Shown in pieces: positions 25,392 to 39,063 of a DNA stretch of 64,000 bases. Location: positions 90,646,001-90,710,000 of the forward strand of contig CM052817.1 in assembly GCA_028534125.1 (NCBI GenBank). The letters are read 5' to 3'. The notes beneath the pieces are model-generated. The model did not search any database and had not been told where the DNA came from. It saw nothing but the letters and a program-made list of their open reading frames with translations. A program made the position numbers and the translations under genes. The stretch is from Lama glama (lineage: Eukaryota). The stretch's first letter is position 1. The number at the start of each line of letters is the position of its first letter.

Positions 25392-26239
25392 TATGACAAG
25401 GGAATACATATACAATCACCTAGGTTTGCAAATGATATTGAGTAAGATTGAGTTAAGAAAAATAATTGAATCTGGAAATTAACTTCTCAACAATTTCATG
25501 CTAGACTTTCCAAAAGAAAATCAACAAATTTAGCTCCCAAAAGAGCATGAAAAAAGCAGTATTGTATGCATAGGATATACAACTTGTTTAATGTTATTTT
25601 ATACTAGCCACATTCTCTCTTCTTTAGAACAATTACTTCTTTAAAACTTCTGCATTGCCTACTATAAATTTAAAAATAAAATTAATCTGTACCATTTTAG
25701 TTATTTAAGTACTCTAATCAATCACTCAATATTTATTGAGCTCTCTTGGTCCAGCTGTTCTCACAGAACTTATAATCCATTTTAAGAGACTGATTTTTAT
25801 TTTTTAACATAAAAAGAGTGATACAATAAAAGTTGGAATTGTATGAATAAATCAGATGAAGTGATTTGAGAAGATTCTAATAAATATTCATGGGAATGTT
25901 AATAAAATCGTGTTTTTATTCAAGACTTTAAAGAATAGGATTAAATTAGTCTGATATATTTGCAAACTTTCAAAAACCAGAAATACAGTAGTAGTCCTTT
26001 TAGACATGTGACATAAATGTAAGTGCTTACTTTTTAGAAAAATAGTTTGATTTATATTTATATTGCATAAAAATAAATACCAATCTTTATTAATAAACAA
26101 ATATGGCTCATAATTTGAATAGTGCTACCCTTATAAGAGAAAACTACCATTACTCATTACATATTACAAAATCTCTGATTATTTGGGAATTTTTGCCTTC
26201 ACGTATGTTGCATTTACTATTGGTTGTTTTGCGTATATA

Positions 26240-27348
26240 TATACATATATATTGAAGTATAGTCAGTTTACAATGTTGTGTCAGTTTCTGGTGTATAGCA
26301 TAATGCTTCAGTCATACGTGAACATACATATATTCATTTTCATATTCTTTTTCACCATAAGTTACTATAAGATATTTAATATAGTTCCCTGTGCTATACA
26401 GTATGAACCTGTTGTTTACCTATTTTATATATATTAGTTAGTATCTGCAAATTTCAAACTCCCAATTTATCCCTTACCACTCCCATCCCCCTCAACCAGG
26501 TAACTAAGTTTTCTATGCTGTGAATCTGTTTCTGTTTTGTAAATAAATTCATTTCTCCTTTTTTTTCAGATTCCACATGTATGTGATATCATGTGGTATT
26601 TTTCTTTCTCTTTCTGGCTTACTTCACTTGGAATGACATTCTCCAGGTCCATCCATGTTGCTGCAAATGGCATTATTTTATTCTTTTTATGGCTGAGTAG
26701 TATTCCATCATATAAATATACCACAGCTTCTTTATCCAGTCATCTGTTGATGGACATTTAGGTTGTTTCCACGTCTTGGCTATCATAAGTAGTTCTGCTG
26801 TGAACATTGGGGTGCATATACCTTTTTGAATTAAGGTTCCCTCTGAATATATGCCCAGGAGTGGGGATGCTGGATCATGTGGTAAGTCTATTTTTAGTCT
26901 TTCAAGGAATCTCCATACTGTTTTCCATAACAGCTGCACCAGACTACATTCCTACCAACAGTGTAGGAGGGTTCCCTTTTCTTCACAGTCTCTCCAGCAT
27001 TTATCATTTGTGGACTTTTGAATGATGGTGTTTCTGACTGGTGTGAGGTGATACCTCATTGTAGTTTTGATTTGCATTTCTCTGATACTTAGGGATACTG
27101 AGCATTTTTTCATGTGCCTATTCACCATTTGTATGTCTTCATTGGAGAATTGCTTATTTAGGTCTTCTGCCAATTTTTGGACTGGGTTGTTATTTTTTTA
27201 ACATTATTATTAAGTTGTATGAGCTGTTTATATATTCTGGAAATTAAGCTCTGGAAATTAAGCCCTTGTCAGTCTCATCATTTGCAAATATTTTCTCCCA
27301 TTCCATAGGTTGTTTTTCTCTTTTGCTTATGTTTTCCTTTGCTGTGCA
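26240..27348 (-). mobile_element. Young lineage-specific L1, 3' ~1.1 kb
   Basis: Track ORFs 26952..27173 ([18 protein letters not shown]) and 26673..26939 (AKTWKQPKCPSTDDWIKKLWYIY) match the L1 ORF2 C-terminus; probable TSD tggttgtttt / tggtatgtttt. Confidence 0.93.
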
Positions 27349-27399
27349 TGGTATGTTTTATTATAGTTCACTTTGAAATTACAAAAGCAACAAATGTTT

Positions 27400-28330
27400 A
27401 TTTAAACATAAAGAATAACATAAATATGGTAAAGAAAAAATGCAAATTTTGTCTTCTATCACTTTCTCTATTAAGATACCAATATTAATAGCTTGACAAA
27501 TGTTCTTCCTAACTTTTCTCTATGTTAATACAAACAAAAATGTATTTTTAAGTATTAGAATGTGTTATTTTTATAAAAGTGTGGTCTTTTGTTATGAAAA
27601 TTCATCTTTTTCTTGCCTTTATTTTCCTCTTAGTAATATTTCATGGATGTCAATATTGTCACTAGCTGCATAATATTCTCTAGTTTGGGTAGTAACTCCA
27701 CCCTAATTTCTTCAATATTTCCTGGTTAGTGAATATTTTAGATTGTTTCCACAGAACACAGTGCTGATTCACATCTTTTTTATGTACCCTTACATATTTA
27801 TGATTTATATCCTTAAGATAGATTCCCAAAAGCATGCTATTATGTTAAATGGAATGTACACTCTTAATATTAGAAGATATTAGCAGATTACACTCCAAAA
27901 GTTGAGGAATATAACTCATAAGAGCAATGCATAAAAACACCAATTTTTCTATCCTCTAAATAACTGAATGCTTCAATCTTCTAATTTTCAACTATCTTAT
28001 AGGTGAAAATGGAATATTGCTGATCTTTTATGTGAATCTCTCTCAGATTAAGCACCTTTTCATACATTTGTTTTCTATTTTCATTTCTATTTCTGTAGAT
28101 GACCTGCTTTTGTCTTTTGTTCAGTTTTGTATTAAGCAGTTTTATATTTACATTTACATTTCCTTCGTAACTGGTAGGAGCTTTTCATATGTAGGGATAT
28201 TTATACTTCTTCTACCACATGCATTGCAAATATTTTCTCAGAAATAATTTTGTTATATTTGATGTTTTATAAGTATATTTTACTACATAGAAAATGTTAA
28301 TGTTTATATACTCATATTTGTCATTTTCTA
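27400..28330 (-). mobile_element. Highly diverged L1ME-like 3' region
   Basis: 'gaatattttagattgtttcca', 'gattaagcaccttttcatacatttgttt' and 'gcattgcaaatattttctc'. Confidence 0.7.
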
Positions 28331-29379
28331 CTTCAGAAGTAACATCGTTTGTTATTGCAAAGAAAGTACTGATTAAGCACACTGCATTGGTATTTCTACT
28401 TTTCCATTTATTTATTGAGTATTTAAAATATCTTGAAACTGGCTCGCTTAAGTACCATGCTCACTAACATTATAGTTTACTGAAAATTATTTTAAAAAGA
28501 CAATGGTTCTGTTTTTAAATTCCTAAATAATATCTAAAATTGCATGCTTCTGCAGAATTTGAATTTAGAGGATAGATTTTTATTTGATTCTTGAGACTTA
28601 TTTGACAGTTGACATTTGCTGAAGCAATAGTGGTGTCACTGGCTAAACTGCCCCCTAGAATATTAAGAATATTCTATTATTATCAATATAAAATGTTGCA
28701 CCAAAAAAGTAAGAAGAAATGAATGAATGAGTGAATGAATGAATGAATGTGTCTATGTGTTTACCTGTAAACAAATGAAGAAATGCAGAGACAGATTACT
28801 CGTTTAGGAGACAGGTAAATTAGCAGGCAGGGATAATGCCATCTGCAACTTAGTATGTGAGAAAATTTTAGAGTAAAATTTCGTCACATTCTGTATTATT
28901 TGAATCGTCCTAAACCTATTTTGCCCTTTTATGGTAGTATTAAGGCAATATTAACAGAAGTGAACTTTTTTTTTTCATGAAAATCCAAAACAAGTATAAA
29001 AAGTAAATCTCACAAGAAGACCCTCATTATTAGCAAGGGGGTAAATTTACAAGCAAATTGATGGAAAATCCCTCAGGATTATCAGATTAATGCTGGCATG
29101 TAGTGGGTACAGAAACCATCCAGTTGCCAACTACCCTAAGTCAAGTAGAAACAGAGTTATTTGAAAATCTGAATGGCATTCTATGAAAGATATAAAAATA
29201 CCATAATTCCAAAAATGATTACACCATTCTATAACATTCAAATGAACAGTACCACTGAGTGACCACATTTTCTCTATTTGATACCCACTATCTGTTCCTT
29301 AATGGAAAATAATTATGCAAAGAAATCAATAAACAAAAATGATGTATTGTAAAATTATCACTTAATTGTTAAAATAATG

Positions 29380-29620
29380 ACAGTCAATACTTTGTGTGTA
29401 TTATGGAGCAGCAACCATTTTGAATGTTTTGCATGAAATATTTAATTTATTCCCCACAGCAACTTTGAAGTAAGAATATTTATTATTCTCATTATGCAGG
29501 TGAAGAAACTGAGGCCTAGATTAGGTTAAGTTACAAGCATAGGTTAAAAGGTCAGTATGTGGCAGGTGTGGGGTTTAAACCAGAAAACACAGATCTAAAA
29601 CTGTTGCGCTACACTGCCTC
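29380..29620 (-). mobile_element. MIR SINE
   Basis: 'attctcattatgcaggtgaagaaactgaggcctaga'. Confidence 0.8.
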
Positions 29621-29814
29621 GTGCAGGCATGCAGATCAAGTCAGTAAGAACAGTATCCTTTTCCAAAATGTAGTCAGTGCTCCATTTAATAGCTTGTCAT
29701 ATCAATTCACTAGAGTATTTTTCTTGGAATTAAAACCTCTTCTGGGTTATTTAAGTTTATAATAAAACGACTCTATTTAACTTAAAGATATTATTGTTAC
29801 AAAAATGTGCTTAT

Positions 29815-30975
29815 ATGTTCTGATTTTAGCAACAGCAGAGCAGGTAATTTGGATCAACCCTCCTGCTAAGAACAACCGAAAATTTAGAATAAACACTTTT
29901 TTTTAAAACTCTGTTTAAAGATTTCAAAGATCTTAACTAAGCAGTCATGAATTTCAAGGCCAACATCTTAGGGTGGGGAGGGAATAAAGTTTATGCTGGC
30001 CAAGAAAGTTATTTATAAGTCTGAACACTATTATATGAGAGATTTGGAATTAGCATCATTCTGAAAAACCATTACAACACTACACCACTGTATTCTATTC
30101 AGTTGAGTAAAATGTGAAAAATGAACCTGGCATTTAGACTCTCTTTTCTTCAAAAGGGAATCCCCTTGTTTCTGAATTAGCATCTATCAGGCCTAGAAGC
30201 TGAGCAGAGCTTTTGACATCCTTATGAGGCAAAGGGGAAAAGTTTCAGTCTAAGGTCCTGGTAAATCTCTCATGCTTTAGATTGAGAAGCTAAAGGTTAC
30301 AACTTAGTAGTAAGAGTAAACAGGAAATACACCAGCCCTCAGAGAGACTGAAGCTTACTGAAATAAATGCGTTAAAACAGTCTAGGATAGAAAGAATTCT
30401 TATCTAACTGAGAGAAGTCAAGACAAATCTTCTGAATAAGAATAATTCTATCTGAAGTCTCAAATTATTCCTATAAACATTCACACTAATATCCAACACT
30501 CAATCACAAATAAACATGAAGAGATGGATTAATTTGATCAGAAACAAGATAAGCAATCAACAGTAGGAACTGACTTTCAAAGATTCAGATAGATAATAAA
30601 CCTTAAAATAAATATGCTGCTTAAGTTCAAGAAACTAAAAGATGCAAATAATAATTTTTGCAGAAAACTAGAAACTATTTTAAAAAACAATAGAAATTCT
30701 AACTGAAGAGCACAATAACCAAAATGTAAGAGTCAGTGGATAGATTTAACAGAAAATTAGACACAATAGAAGGAAGAATTAGCACACAATAAGACAAGCA
30801 ACAATAAAATAAGCAATCTAAAGCATGGAAAAACAAATGAGTGGAATATACAGAAAAGAGTATAGAAGACAGAAGGGATTTTTTTAAAAGTAAAATTGTC
30901 TATTATATGTGTGATTGGAAAGGATAGAAGTAATGGGACAAAAGGAATACTGGAAGAGATAATAGCTAAGAACTG
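29815..30975 (+). mobile_element. Old L1 5' UTR / ORF1 region
   Basis: 'gtggatagatttaacagaaaattagacacaatagaaggaagaattagc' resembles the L1M ORF1 coiled-coil region; A-rich sense strand. Confidence 0.7.
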
Positions 30976-31019
30976 TTACAGGAATACATTTCCAATATTC
31001 TATTGTCTCCAACAGTTAA

Positions 31020-31390
31020 CAATCATACACTGAGATACTATAAAGTAATGAAAATAGGTGAATTCCAGTTACACAAAAACAAGATAAATCTTATGTACAT
31101 AATATTGAAGCAAAGAAGCCAAACACACAAGAGTACATACTAATGATTTATATATGTAATACAAAGTTCAACAACAGAAAAAGTTTATTATAACGTCAGA
31201 AGTCAGAACAGTGGCTATCTTTTAAGGGACAGGAAAAGGGAATATTAATTGGAGGGTCACCAGGCAGGCTTCTGAGTGCTGATGCTATTCTATTTCTTGA
31301 CCTTGGTGTTTTATCCAGGTATATTCAATTTGTAATAATGCCTATATATTTTTCTTACTTTGTATAAATTTCATATAAAAGCAAAAAAAA
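31020..31390 (+). mobile_element. Old L1ME-like 3' end
   Basis: 'gcaaagaagccaaacacacaagagtacatac', 'gtcagaagtcagaacagtggctatc' and 'ctatttcttgaccttggtg'. Confidence 0.75.
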
Positions 31391-32519
31391 TAACATACTT
31401 TTTATAGAGAAAACACTAATTCCCAAAAAAGTAATTTATTGTTTGAGGATGGCTTTTAAGTTAAGAATTACATTTTAAGATTTACATTTTAAATATGCAA
31501 CTATTTGAAAGATAGAGATTATTTCAACTTTCTGCCCTTTTCATAGTTTCTATAATTTAGGACTCTCATAATGAAAGAATAAAGAAAGAGGTTTTAATAC
31601 ACCTTGCTTAAGAAGAATTCTATGATGATACTTGTATAATTTTTCCTCTATTTTCCATTTTTCTGACTTCTCAAATGGTCAGATAAAATGTATCAATACT
31701 GAAGGCTGCATGTGAATGTCTTTACTTTTTCTGAATCATGACTTTCTTTTATATACTAAGTAAGACATACAGAAGGAACTTGCTAGTCACAGTATTCATT
31801 CTGGTTTGGACCTAAGGCAGCAAGTAATAAGAGGGGACCATGTTAAATTATCTGATTAAGTCGACTGAGAAAATCTTGATTGCTTGCTTGATATGGAATC
31901 ACTGTAGTCCAAAAATCTTTGTAATAAGATCTGTGACCTTAAATCATACTTTAGTGCGACTTGAAGAAAGTTAAATGTAATCATAAATAGCTGAAACTAT
32001 TCAGTGCTTTTAATAAGAAAACATCAGCATGCCAAACATAAAGCAAATGTGTTGAATTATCTTCTCATTATAAGGTGTGAATACTAAAATTGAGGGGTCA
32101 TTTCAATATTTAACAAATCCCAGGAACTGGAAACCAAATAATTGACAATTGAAACAGTAAATAACTGTTAATAATCTAAAACATGACTTACTATGAGACT
32201 TGCCAAGAGAGATCTGAAAATACATTTCTTCAATCAAATGTAAGAAAAGCAGTAACTATCAACTATTATAATAAATGAATGTTGAAATGTCAAGAGGAAT
32301 GTTGCAAGAACTGATCTATATATCTACGTATACTTTTAAAAACTTCTTTTCGGGTAGTTTTATCCTTTTTAAAGAGGGAAACTTGCAAAAGAATAATGAT
32401 ATATAATGTACATCACTGTAAAATCCTTTACATAAATAAATCCATGAATCAGCAGGTACATAGAGGTCCACTTGTATCCCTATTATTGTGTTTATCACAT
32501 CACCCTAAAACTGTATATT

Positions 32520-32630
32520 TATTTATTCTCCCAGTGCACTATAAGCACCCATTAGGCAGGAACAATACCTTGTTTATGTCCCCAGAACCTTACACAATAT
32601 GTGCTCAATAAACATTTGTTAAACTAAACT
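32520..32630 (+). mobile_element. L2 3' terminus
   Basis: 'tgtccccagaaccttacacaatatgtgctcaataaacatttgttaaa'. Confidence 0.75.
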
Positions 32631-32879
32631 GAGCCTTAAAATGTAGTCTTACTCCTACATTCCCCCCAAAATAACAAGACACCTTAACACTAGTTCCCCA
32701 TTGTCTTGTTCAAAATAAAGAGCAGGTAAATAAGGTCTGTGGCAGAGACTCAAAATTCATTTTCTCCTTCTTTATAAACAGAACTCCAACTTTTAGCTGT
32801 GCACTTCCTAGCCAATAAAAGGTCTACATTGCTCTGCCTACTTTGAAGCTTAGTATGAACATGTTTGCCTGGTCATTCC

Positions 32880-35800
32880 GGCAATAAATTCTTTCAAAAG
32901 GAGAAGGTAAATAACAAATTATATATTAAAACATGTATTAAAAATTAAAATATAAAACATACTGGTAAAGGTAAGGATATAATCAAATTTGGAATACTCT
33001 AATATTGCAATGTGGTGGCGTATTAACTACCTACCTCCAGTATAAAGGTAAAAGAATAAGCTATTATAACTGTGCCTACAATAATTTAAGGAATACACAA
33101 TATAAAAAGAGGCAAACTGTGATATCAAAAACATAAAATAGGTTATATGTCAACTGTAACCCCCAAAATAAATAAATAAAAGAAATAAATTAAAACCAAA
33201 GTGACAGCTCTTAACAAAAAACTGTAAGTTATAGGAGTAAATTAGTTTTTATATATGACCAAAGTTAAGTTGATATTAGCATAAAATAGACTTATTCTAT
33301 TAAATAGTCATATCTACAAGATGTGTTATGTAAACCTAATAGTAACCACTGTAGATTCACAAAAGATAAAGGAAAGTGATTCAAAGCATAACACTATGGA
33401 AAATCATCAGTTCAAAAGGAAGATGGCAAGAGAGGAAGAAAGGGACTAAGGGAACTTACAAAATAGTCAGAAAACAATAAAATGGCATTAGTAAGTTCTT
33501 ACCTATCAATGATCACTCTAAACATAAACTAATTAAATTCTTCAGTCAAAAGGTATAAAGTGACTGGATGGATGAAAAACAAGACCCAACTGCATGCTGC
33601 CTGTAAGAGATTCACTTCAGCTTTAAAGACATACATAGGATCTAGGCAGAGATGGAAAATTACATTCCATGAAAATGGGACCGAAAGAGTGGGGCAGCTA
33701 TAGTTAAAAAGGACAAAACAGACTTTAAGCCAAACACTGTAGCAAAAGACAAAAGGTCAGTATATAATGATAAAGGGGTCAATTCATCAAGAGGATATTA
33801 CAATCATAAATATATATGCACCCAACACTGAATGTCCTAAATGCTAACAGATCTGAAGTGAGAAATAGGTAACAGTAAAATAATAAGAGTGGATTTCAGT
33901 ACTCCGTTTTCAATAATGGAAAGATCATCCAAACAGAAATCAATAAGGAAATGTTGAAATTGAACTACATTTTAGATCAAATGGATCTAACAGACATATA
34001 TAGAACATTCCGTCCAATAGCAGCTGAATACACATTCTTCTAAAGTACACACAGAAAATTCTCTGGGGTGGATTATATAATAGGTCAAAAACAAGTCTTA
34101 GCAAATTTAAGATTAAAACTAAATCAAGTATCTTTTCCAACAACAAATGGCTTGAAACTAAAAATCAGTAACAAGAGGAAATTTGGAAAGTTCAAAACAT
34201 GTATAAATTAAATATCCCATTATTGGACAATCAATGGGCCAAAAGAGAAATCAAAAGAGAAATTTAAAATATCTTGAAACAAATAAAAATGGAAAAACAA
34301 CATACCAAAACCTATGGGATGTATAAAAAGCAGTTCTAAGTGTGAAGTTAATAGTGTTGCATGTCCACGTTTGAGAAAAAAGAAAGCTCTAAGACACACA
34401 ACCTAAGGTTACACAGCAAGGAATTAGAAAAAGAAAAACAAACCAAGGCCAAAGTTAGCAGAAGGAAGGAAATAAATAACACAGATCAGATCATAAATAA
34501 ACAAAATAGAGACTAGAAAGACAATAGAAAAGATCAACAAAACTAAGAGCTGGATTTTTGAAAAGATTAACAAAATTAACAAAACTTTGGCTAGACTAAT
34601 TAAGGGGAAAAGAGAGAAAACCCAAATAAATAAAATCAGAAATAAAAGAGGAGACATTAAAACTAGTGACACAGAAAAGGAAAGAATCATAAGAGACTAC
34701 TATCAACAATTATACTTCAACAAGTTGGATAATCTAAAAGACATGGATAAATGCTTAGAACACAGAACCTACCAAGACTGAATCAGAAAAAATAGAGAAT
34801 GTGAACAGACCTGTAACAAGTAAGGATACTGATGCAGTGATTAAAATTTTTCTAACAAGGAAAAGGCCAGGACCAATCCTTCTAAAACTCATCCAAAAAG
34901 TTGAAAAGAAGGAAACATTTTCCAAACTCATTTAATAAGCCCAGAATTACCCTTACCTAAATCAGATAAGGACATTACAAGAGAAGAAAACTATAGGCCA
35001 ATATCCTTGATGGATATAGATGCAAAATCTCTGAACAAGATATCAGCAAACCAAGTTCAATGGCACACAAAAAGCAGTATATACCATGATCACATAGGAT
35101 TTATCCCTGGGATGTAAGCTGAATATACATTCTTCTAAAGTACACACAGAAAATTCTCTAGGGTAGATTATATAACAGGTCACAAAACAAGTCTTAGCAA
35201 ATTTAAGATTTGACAAAGGCAAATCAATAAATGTGATGCACTACATTAATAGAATGAAAAATAAAAATAGATGTAGGAAAAGCTTTTGGCAAAAGACAAC
35301 ATCCTCTCATGATAAAAACACTCAACAAACTGGAATACAGAAGGAACATACCTTAACATGATAAAAGCCATATATGACAAGCCCATTGCTAACATCATAC
35401 TCAATGGTGAAAGGTTGAAAGCTTTTCCTCTAAGGTCAGGATCAAGACAAGAGTGCTCACGCTCACCATGCCTATTCAATATAATACTGGAAGTCCTAGC
35501 CAGAGAAGTTAGGCAAGAAAAAAATAATAAAACATTTCAAATCAGAAAGGAAGAAGTAAAATTGTCTCTGATTACATACGATATGCTCTTACATAGAGAA
35601 AATCCTACGGACTCCACCAAAAACTGTTTGAACTAATCAACAAATAATAGTTGTAGGATACAAAATCAACATACAGAAAACAGTTGTGTTTCTATGCACT
35701 AACAATGAAAACAATCTGAAAAATAAACAAAGAAATCCCATTTATAACAGCATCCAAAACAATAAAACACTTAGGAATATATTTAATCAAGGAGGTGAAA

Positions 35801-37520
35801 GTTTTGTACACTGAAAACTCTAAGACTTTGATGACAGAAATTGAAGAAAACAGAAATAAACAGAAAGATATCCTATGTTCACGAATGAAAAGAAATAATA
35901 TTGTTAAATTATTCATATTACCCAAAGCCTCTAAATGCCATTCATATCAAAATTCTAATGGCATTTTTCACAGAGATATTAAAAAAATCCTAAAATGTAT
36001 ATGAAATTACAGAATCACAAATAGCTAAAACAATCTTAAGAATAAAGCTACATGCTTCATACCTTCTGATTTCAAACTATACTTTAATACTACAGAATTC
36101 CAAATACCATAAAAATGTACACATAGACCAAATGAACAGAATTGAGAGCCCAGAAATAAACTTACATATAAAAGTCAGTTAATATTTGATAAAAGAGACA
36201 AGAAAACCTACTGAGGAAAAAATAGTCTCTTCAATAAACGGTGCTGCAAAAACTGGATAATCACATACAAAAGAATGAAGTTGGATCCCCATGTTACATT
36301 AATTACAAAATTAACTTGAAATTAATTAAAAACTTGAAAAAGACATGAAATCATAAACTCCTAGAAGAAAATATAGGGGAAAAACTCTTTGACCTTGGTC
36401 TTGGAAATGATTTTTGGTTATTAACACCAAAATCATAAGCAACAAAAGCAAAATAAGTATATGGGACTGCATCAAACTAAGAAAATATTTTGCTTTTGCA
36501 TAGCAAAAAGAAATGACCAAAATGAAAAGGCAATCTACAGAATGGTAGAAAATATCTGCAAGTCATATATTGGGTGAGGGGTTAATATCCAACATATATA
36601 AAAAATTCATGTAACTCAATAGCAAAACATCAAACAATCTAATTTTTAAAATGGGCACAGAAACTAAATGGACATTTTTTTTCAAAGAAGGCATACAAAT
36701 GGCCAACAGGAACATTAAAAAGTGTTCAATTTCACTAATCATCAGGGAAATATAAATCAGAAGCACAGTGAGATATCAACTCAGACCTTTTATAATGGTT
36801 ATCATCAAAAAGATCAAGAAATAACAAATGTGGAGAAAAAGGAACATATGAGTACTGTTGGTGGAAATGTAAACTTGTACAATCATTATGGAAAATAGTA
36901 TGGAGGCTACTCAAAAAATTAAAAATAGAACTAGCATTTGCTCCAGCAATCCTGCTTCTGGGTATATATCCAAAAGAAATTAAATCAGGATCTCAAAGAG
37001 ATATCTGCACTCCAATGTTCATTCACAACAGCCAAGGTAAGGAAACAACCTAAGATTCCAACTATGGATGGATGCATAAAGAATATGTGGTACATATATA
37101 CACAATGGAATATTATTCAGCCATGACAAAGAGGGAAATCTGCCATTTGTGACAACATGGGTGAACCTGGAGGGTACCACGCTGGGTAAAATAAGCCAGA
37201 AAGGAAAAGACAAATACCGTATGATCGCACATGTATATTTACTCTAAAAAAGTCAAACTCCTAGAAACAGAGTAGAATGGTGGTTGCCAGAATCTAATGT
37301 ACAACATGGTGACTGTAGTTAACAATACTATATTGTATATTTGAAAATTGTTAAGATCTTAAATGTTCTCACCACAAAAAAGAAATGGAAACTATGTGAA
37401 ATGATGAACTGTCAACTAATGGTACTCTGGTAATCATTTGGCAATGTGTGTTATCACATCAACACGTGATATATTTTAAACTTACATAATGTGTTATATC
37501 AATTAAATTTCAATAACTGG
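32880..37520 (+). mobile_element. ~4.6 kb L1MA9/10-like element: inter-ORF region, decayed ORF2 (ATG ~33482; EN, RT, C-terminus) and 3' UTR
   Basis: MALVSSYLSMITLN start; ENYRPISL at ~34985-35010; track ORF 35358..35636 [30 protein letters not shown]; many stops and frameshifts; 3' UTR 'aatctaatgtacaacatggtgactgtagttaacaatac'. Confidence 0.95.
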
Positions 37521-37524
37521 GGGG

Positions 37525-37700
37525 ATAACCTATGAAATAGGTAGTATTCCCATTCCTGTGTTACAAAAGAAAAAACCAATGCACAGAGAGATTAAATAAT
37601 TTGTGAGAAAACCAATGCACAGAGATTAAATAATTTGCCCAAGGTCACTGATTTAGTGAAATCTGGCTCCCAAGTCTATGCTCCTAACCACTATAGACTG
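37525..37700 (-). mobile_element. MIR SINE with an internal ~32-bp duplication
   Basis: 'gcacagagattaaataatttgcccaaggtcac'; 'aaaaccaatgcacagag(ag)attaaataatttg' occurs at 37572 and 37608. Confidence 0.8.
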
Positions 37701-38169
37701 TGTCTAAAGTACTTAGGTAATGGAGATTTAAAAACAAAAAATTTCTGTGACAATTCTTCAAGTTGTAGACATGATTTGTACATATTTCCATATGTATGTT
37801 TCACCTTAAGTAAAAAAGTTTAGTTTAAAAATCTACTTAAAAAGAACTATGGGAATTTTTATCATGCTAGGTACAAGAGGAATCTAAAACCAGGGTTGCT
37901 GACTTCCAGAGGATTCTAGGCATTTAATACCAGATACCAACAGGAAATAACAGACGGTGGAAGAAGAGGGAGACTGAATATTTGAAAGGAGGTATCTTAG
38001 TTAAAATAGCATTTTCTTAACCAAAAAAAAAAAATCTTTTTTAAGATCAAAAGACCATATATATTTAAAGACAGAAAAGAACTTGCATATAAAGGAAGGA
38101 AGACAAAGTTAAAAGCAAGAGCCTGTATGATTTGGCAACAGATGAATAAATCACACAAAGGGGTCAAGA

Positions 38170-38357
38170 CCTGGGATTGGCAAACTATTGCCCAGGGGGC
38201 AAATTCATCCCATTGCTTATTTTTGTAAACATAGATTTAGTGGAACACATTATTGTCACTTAATTTACTTATACAGCCATTGGGGCAGAGACTCTGTGGC
38301 CTACAGAAACTAAATTACTATCTGGCCCTTTACTGAAAGAGTTTGGTAAACTTTGAC
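38170..38357. mobile_element. MER58A-like hAT-Charlie MITE
   Basis: 'gggattggcaaacta' and 'ctatctggccctttactgaaagagtttggtaaactttg'. Confidence 0.8.
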
Positions 38358-39006
38358 CTAGAAAAAGATGTTAAAATTTTGATTAAACTGTGTTTTTTAA
38401 TAAAATTCTGTGAAATGAGATCTATCTAATCTCTTAAAAATGTCTTCTAGAAATCCAATGTGACTGACTTGACTTCTCTTATTTCCACTGTACTTTGAGT
38501 GAATGTACATGTGTGTGCTTAGTGGTAATTGCACTTCAAAAGTCAAGGCCACTAAACTGTTAAATTAGAATTGGGGGTATAGGTATAAAATGTTTTCAAT
38601 AAAATGGAGATTAATTAGGAATTCAGATGCATTAACATTACAGGAATGGTCAATTAAATAACTAATTATGTTGAAAAAGTAATTGCCCGCTTAAGTAGAT
38701 GACCACACCCCACCACATATCGCTTCTCAGCCCACACAGGTGTTCCACGTCTCCTAGACTTCAAAAATGATTTGGCACTCATACTTAATGATCAGAATAG
38801 CCAGACACATTTTTTAATTGTTCAATTACCTATTCATTCTACAAGCACGTAACATATGAAAATTTTGTGTTAGGACCTATGTGAGAACTGAGGAGTATAG
38901 AAAAAAAGATGGTTCCTGATCTCAAAAAGCTCACTTTTCTCTCATTCTCTCTTATATGTTTTAGGTCCCATTTCAAAAGCTATACATCCCAGTGGCATTT
39001 AGTTTA

Positions 39007-39063
39007 TACAGTAAGCCATCCACATCTGTGGGTGTGGAACCCATGATACGGAGGGATGACTGA
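39007..39063. mobile_element. MER2-like TcMar-Tigger miniature remnant
   Basis: Terminal inverted pattern in 'tacagtaagccatccacatctgtggg...gaacccatgatacggagggatgactg'. Confidence 0.55.

Noticed and set aside
33482..37130. L1 ORF2-derived ORFs as a functional CDS
   Set aside because: Numerous stops, frameshifts, a deletion and an insertion; a dead element.
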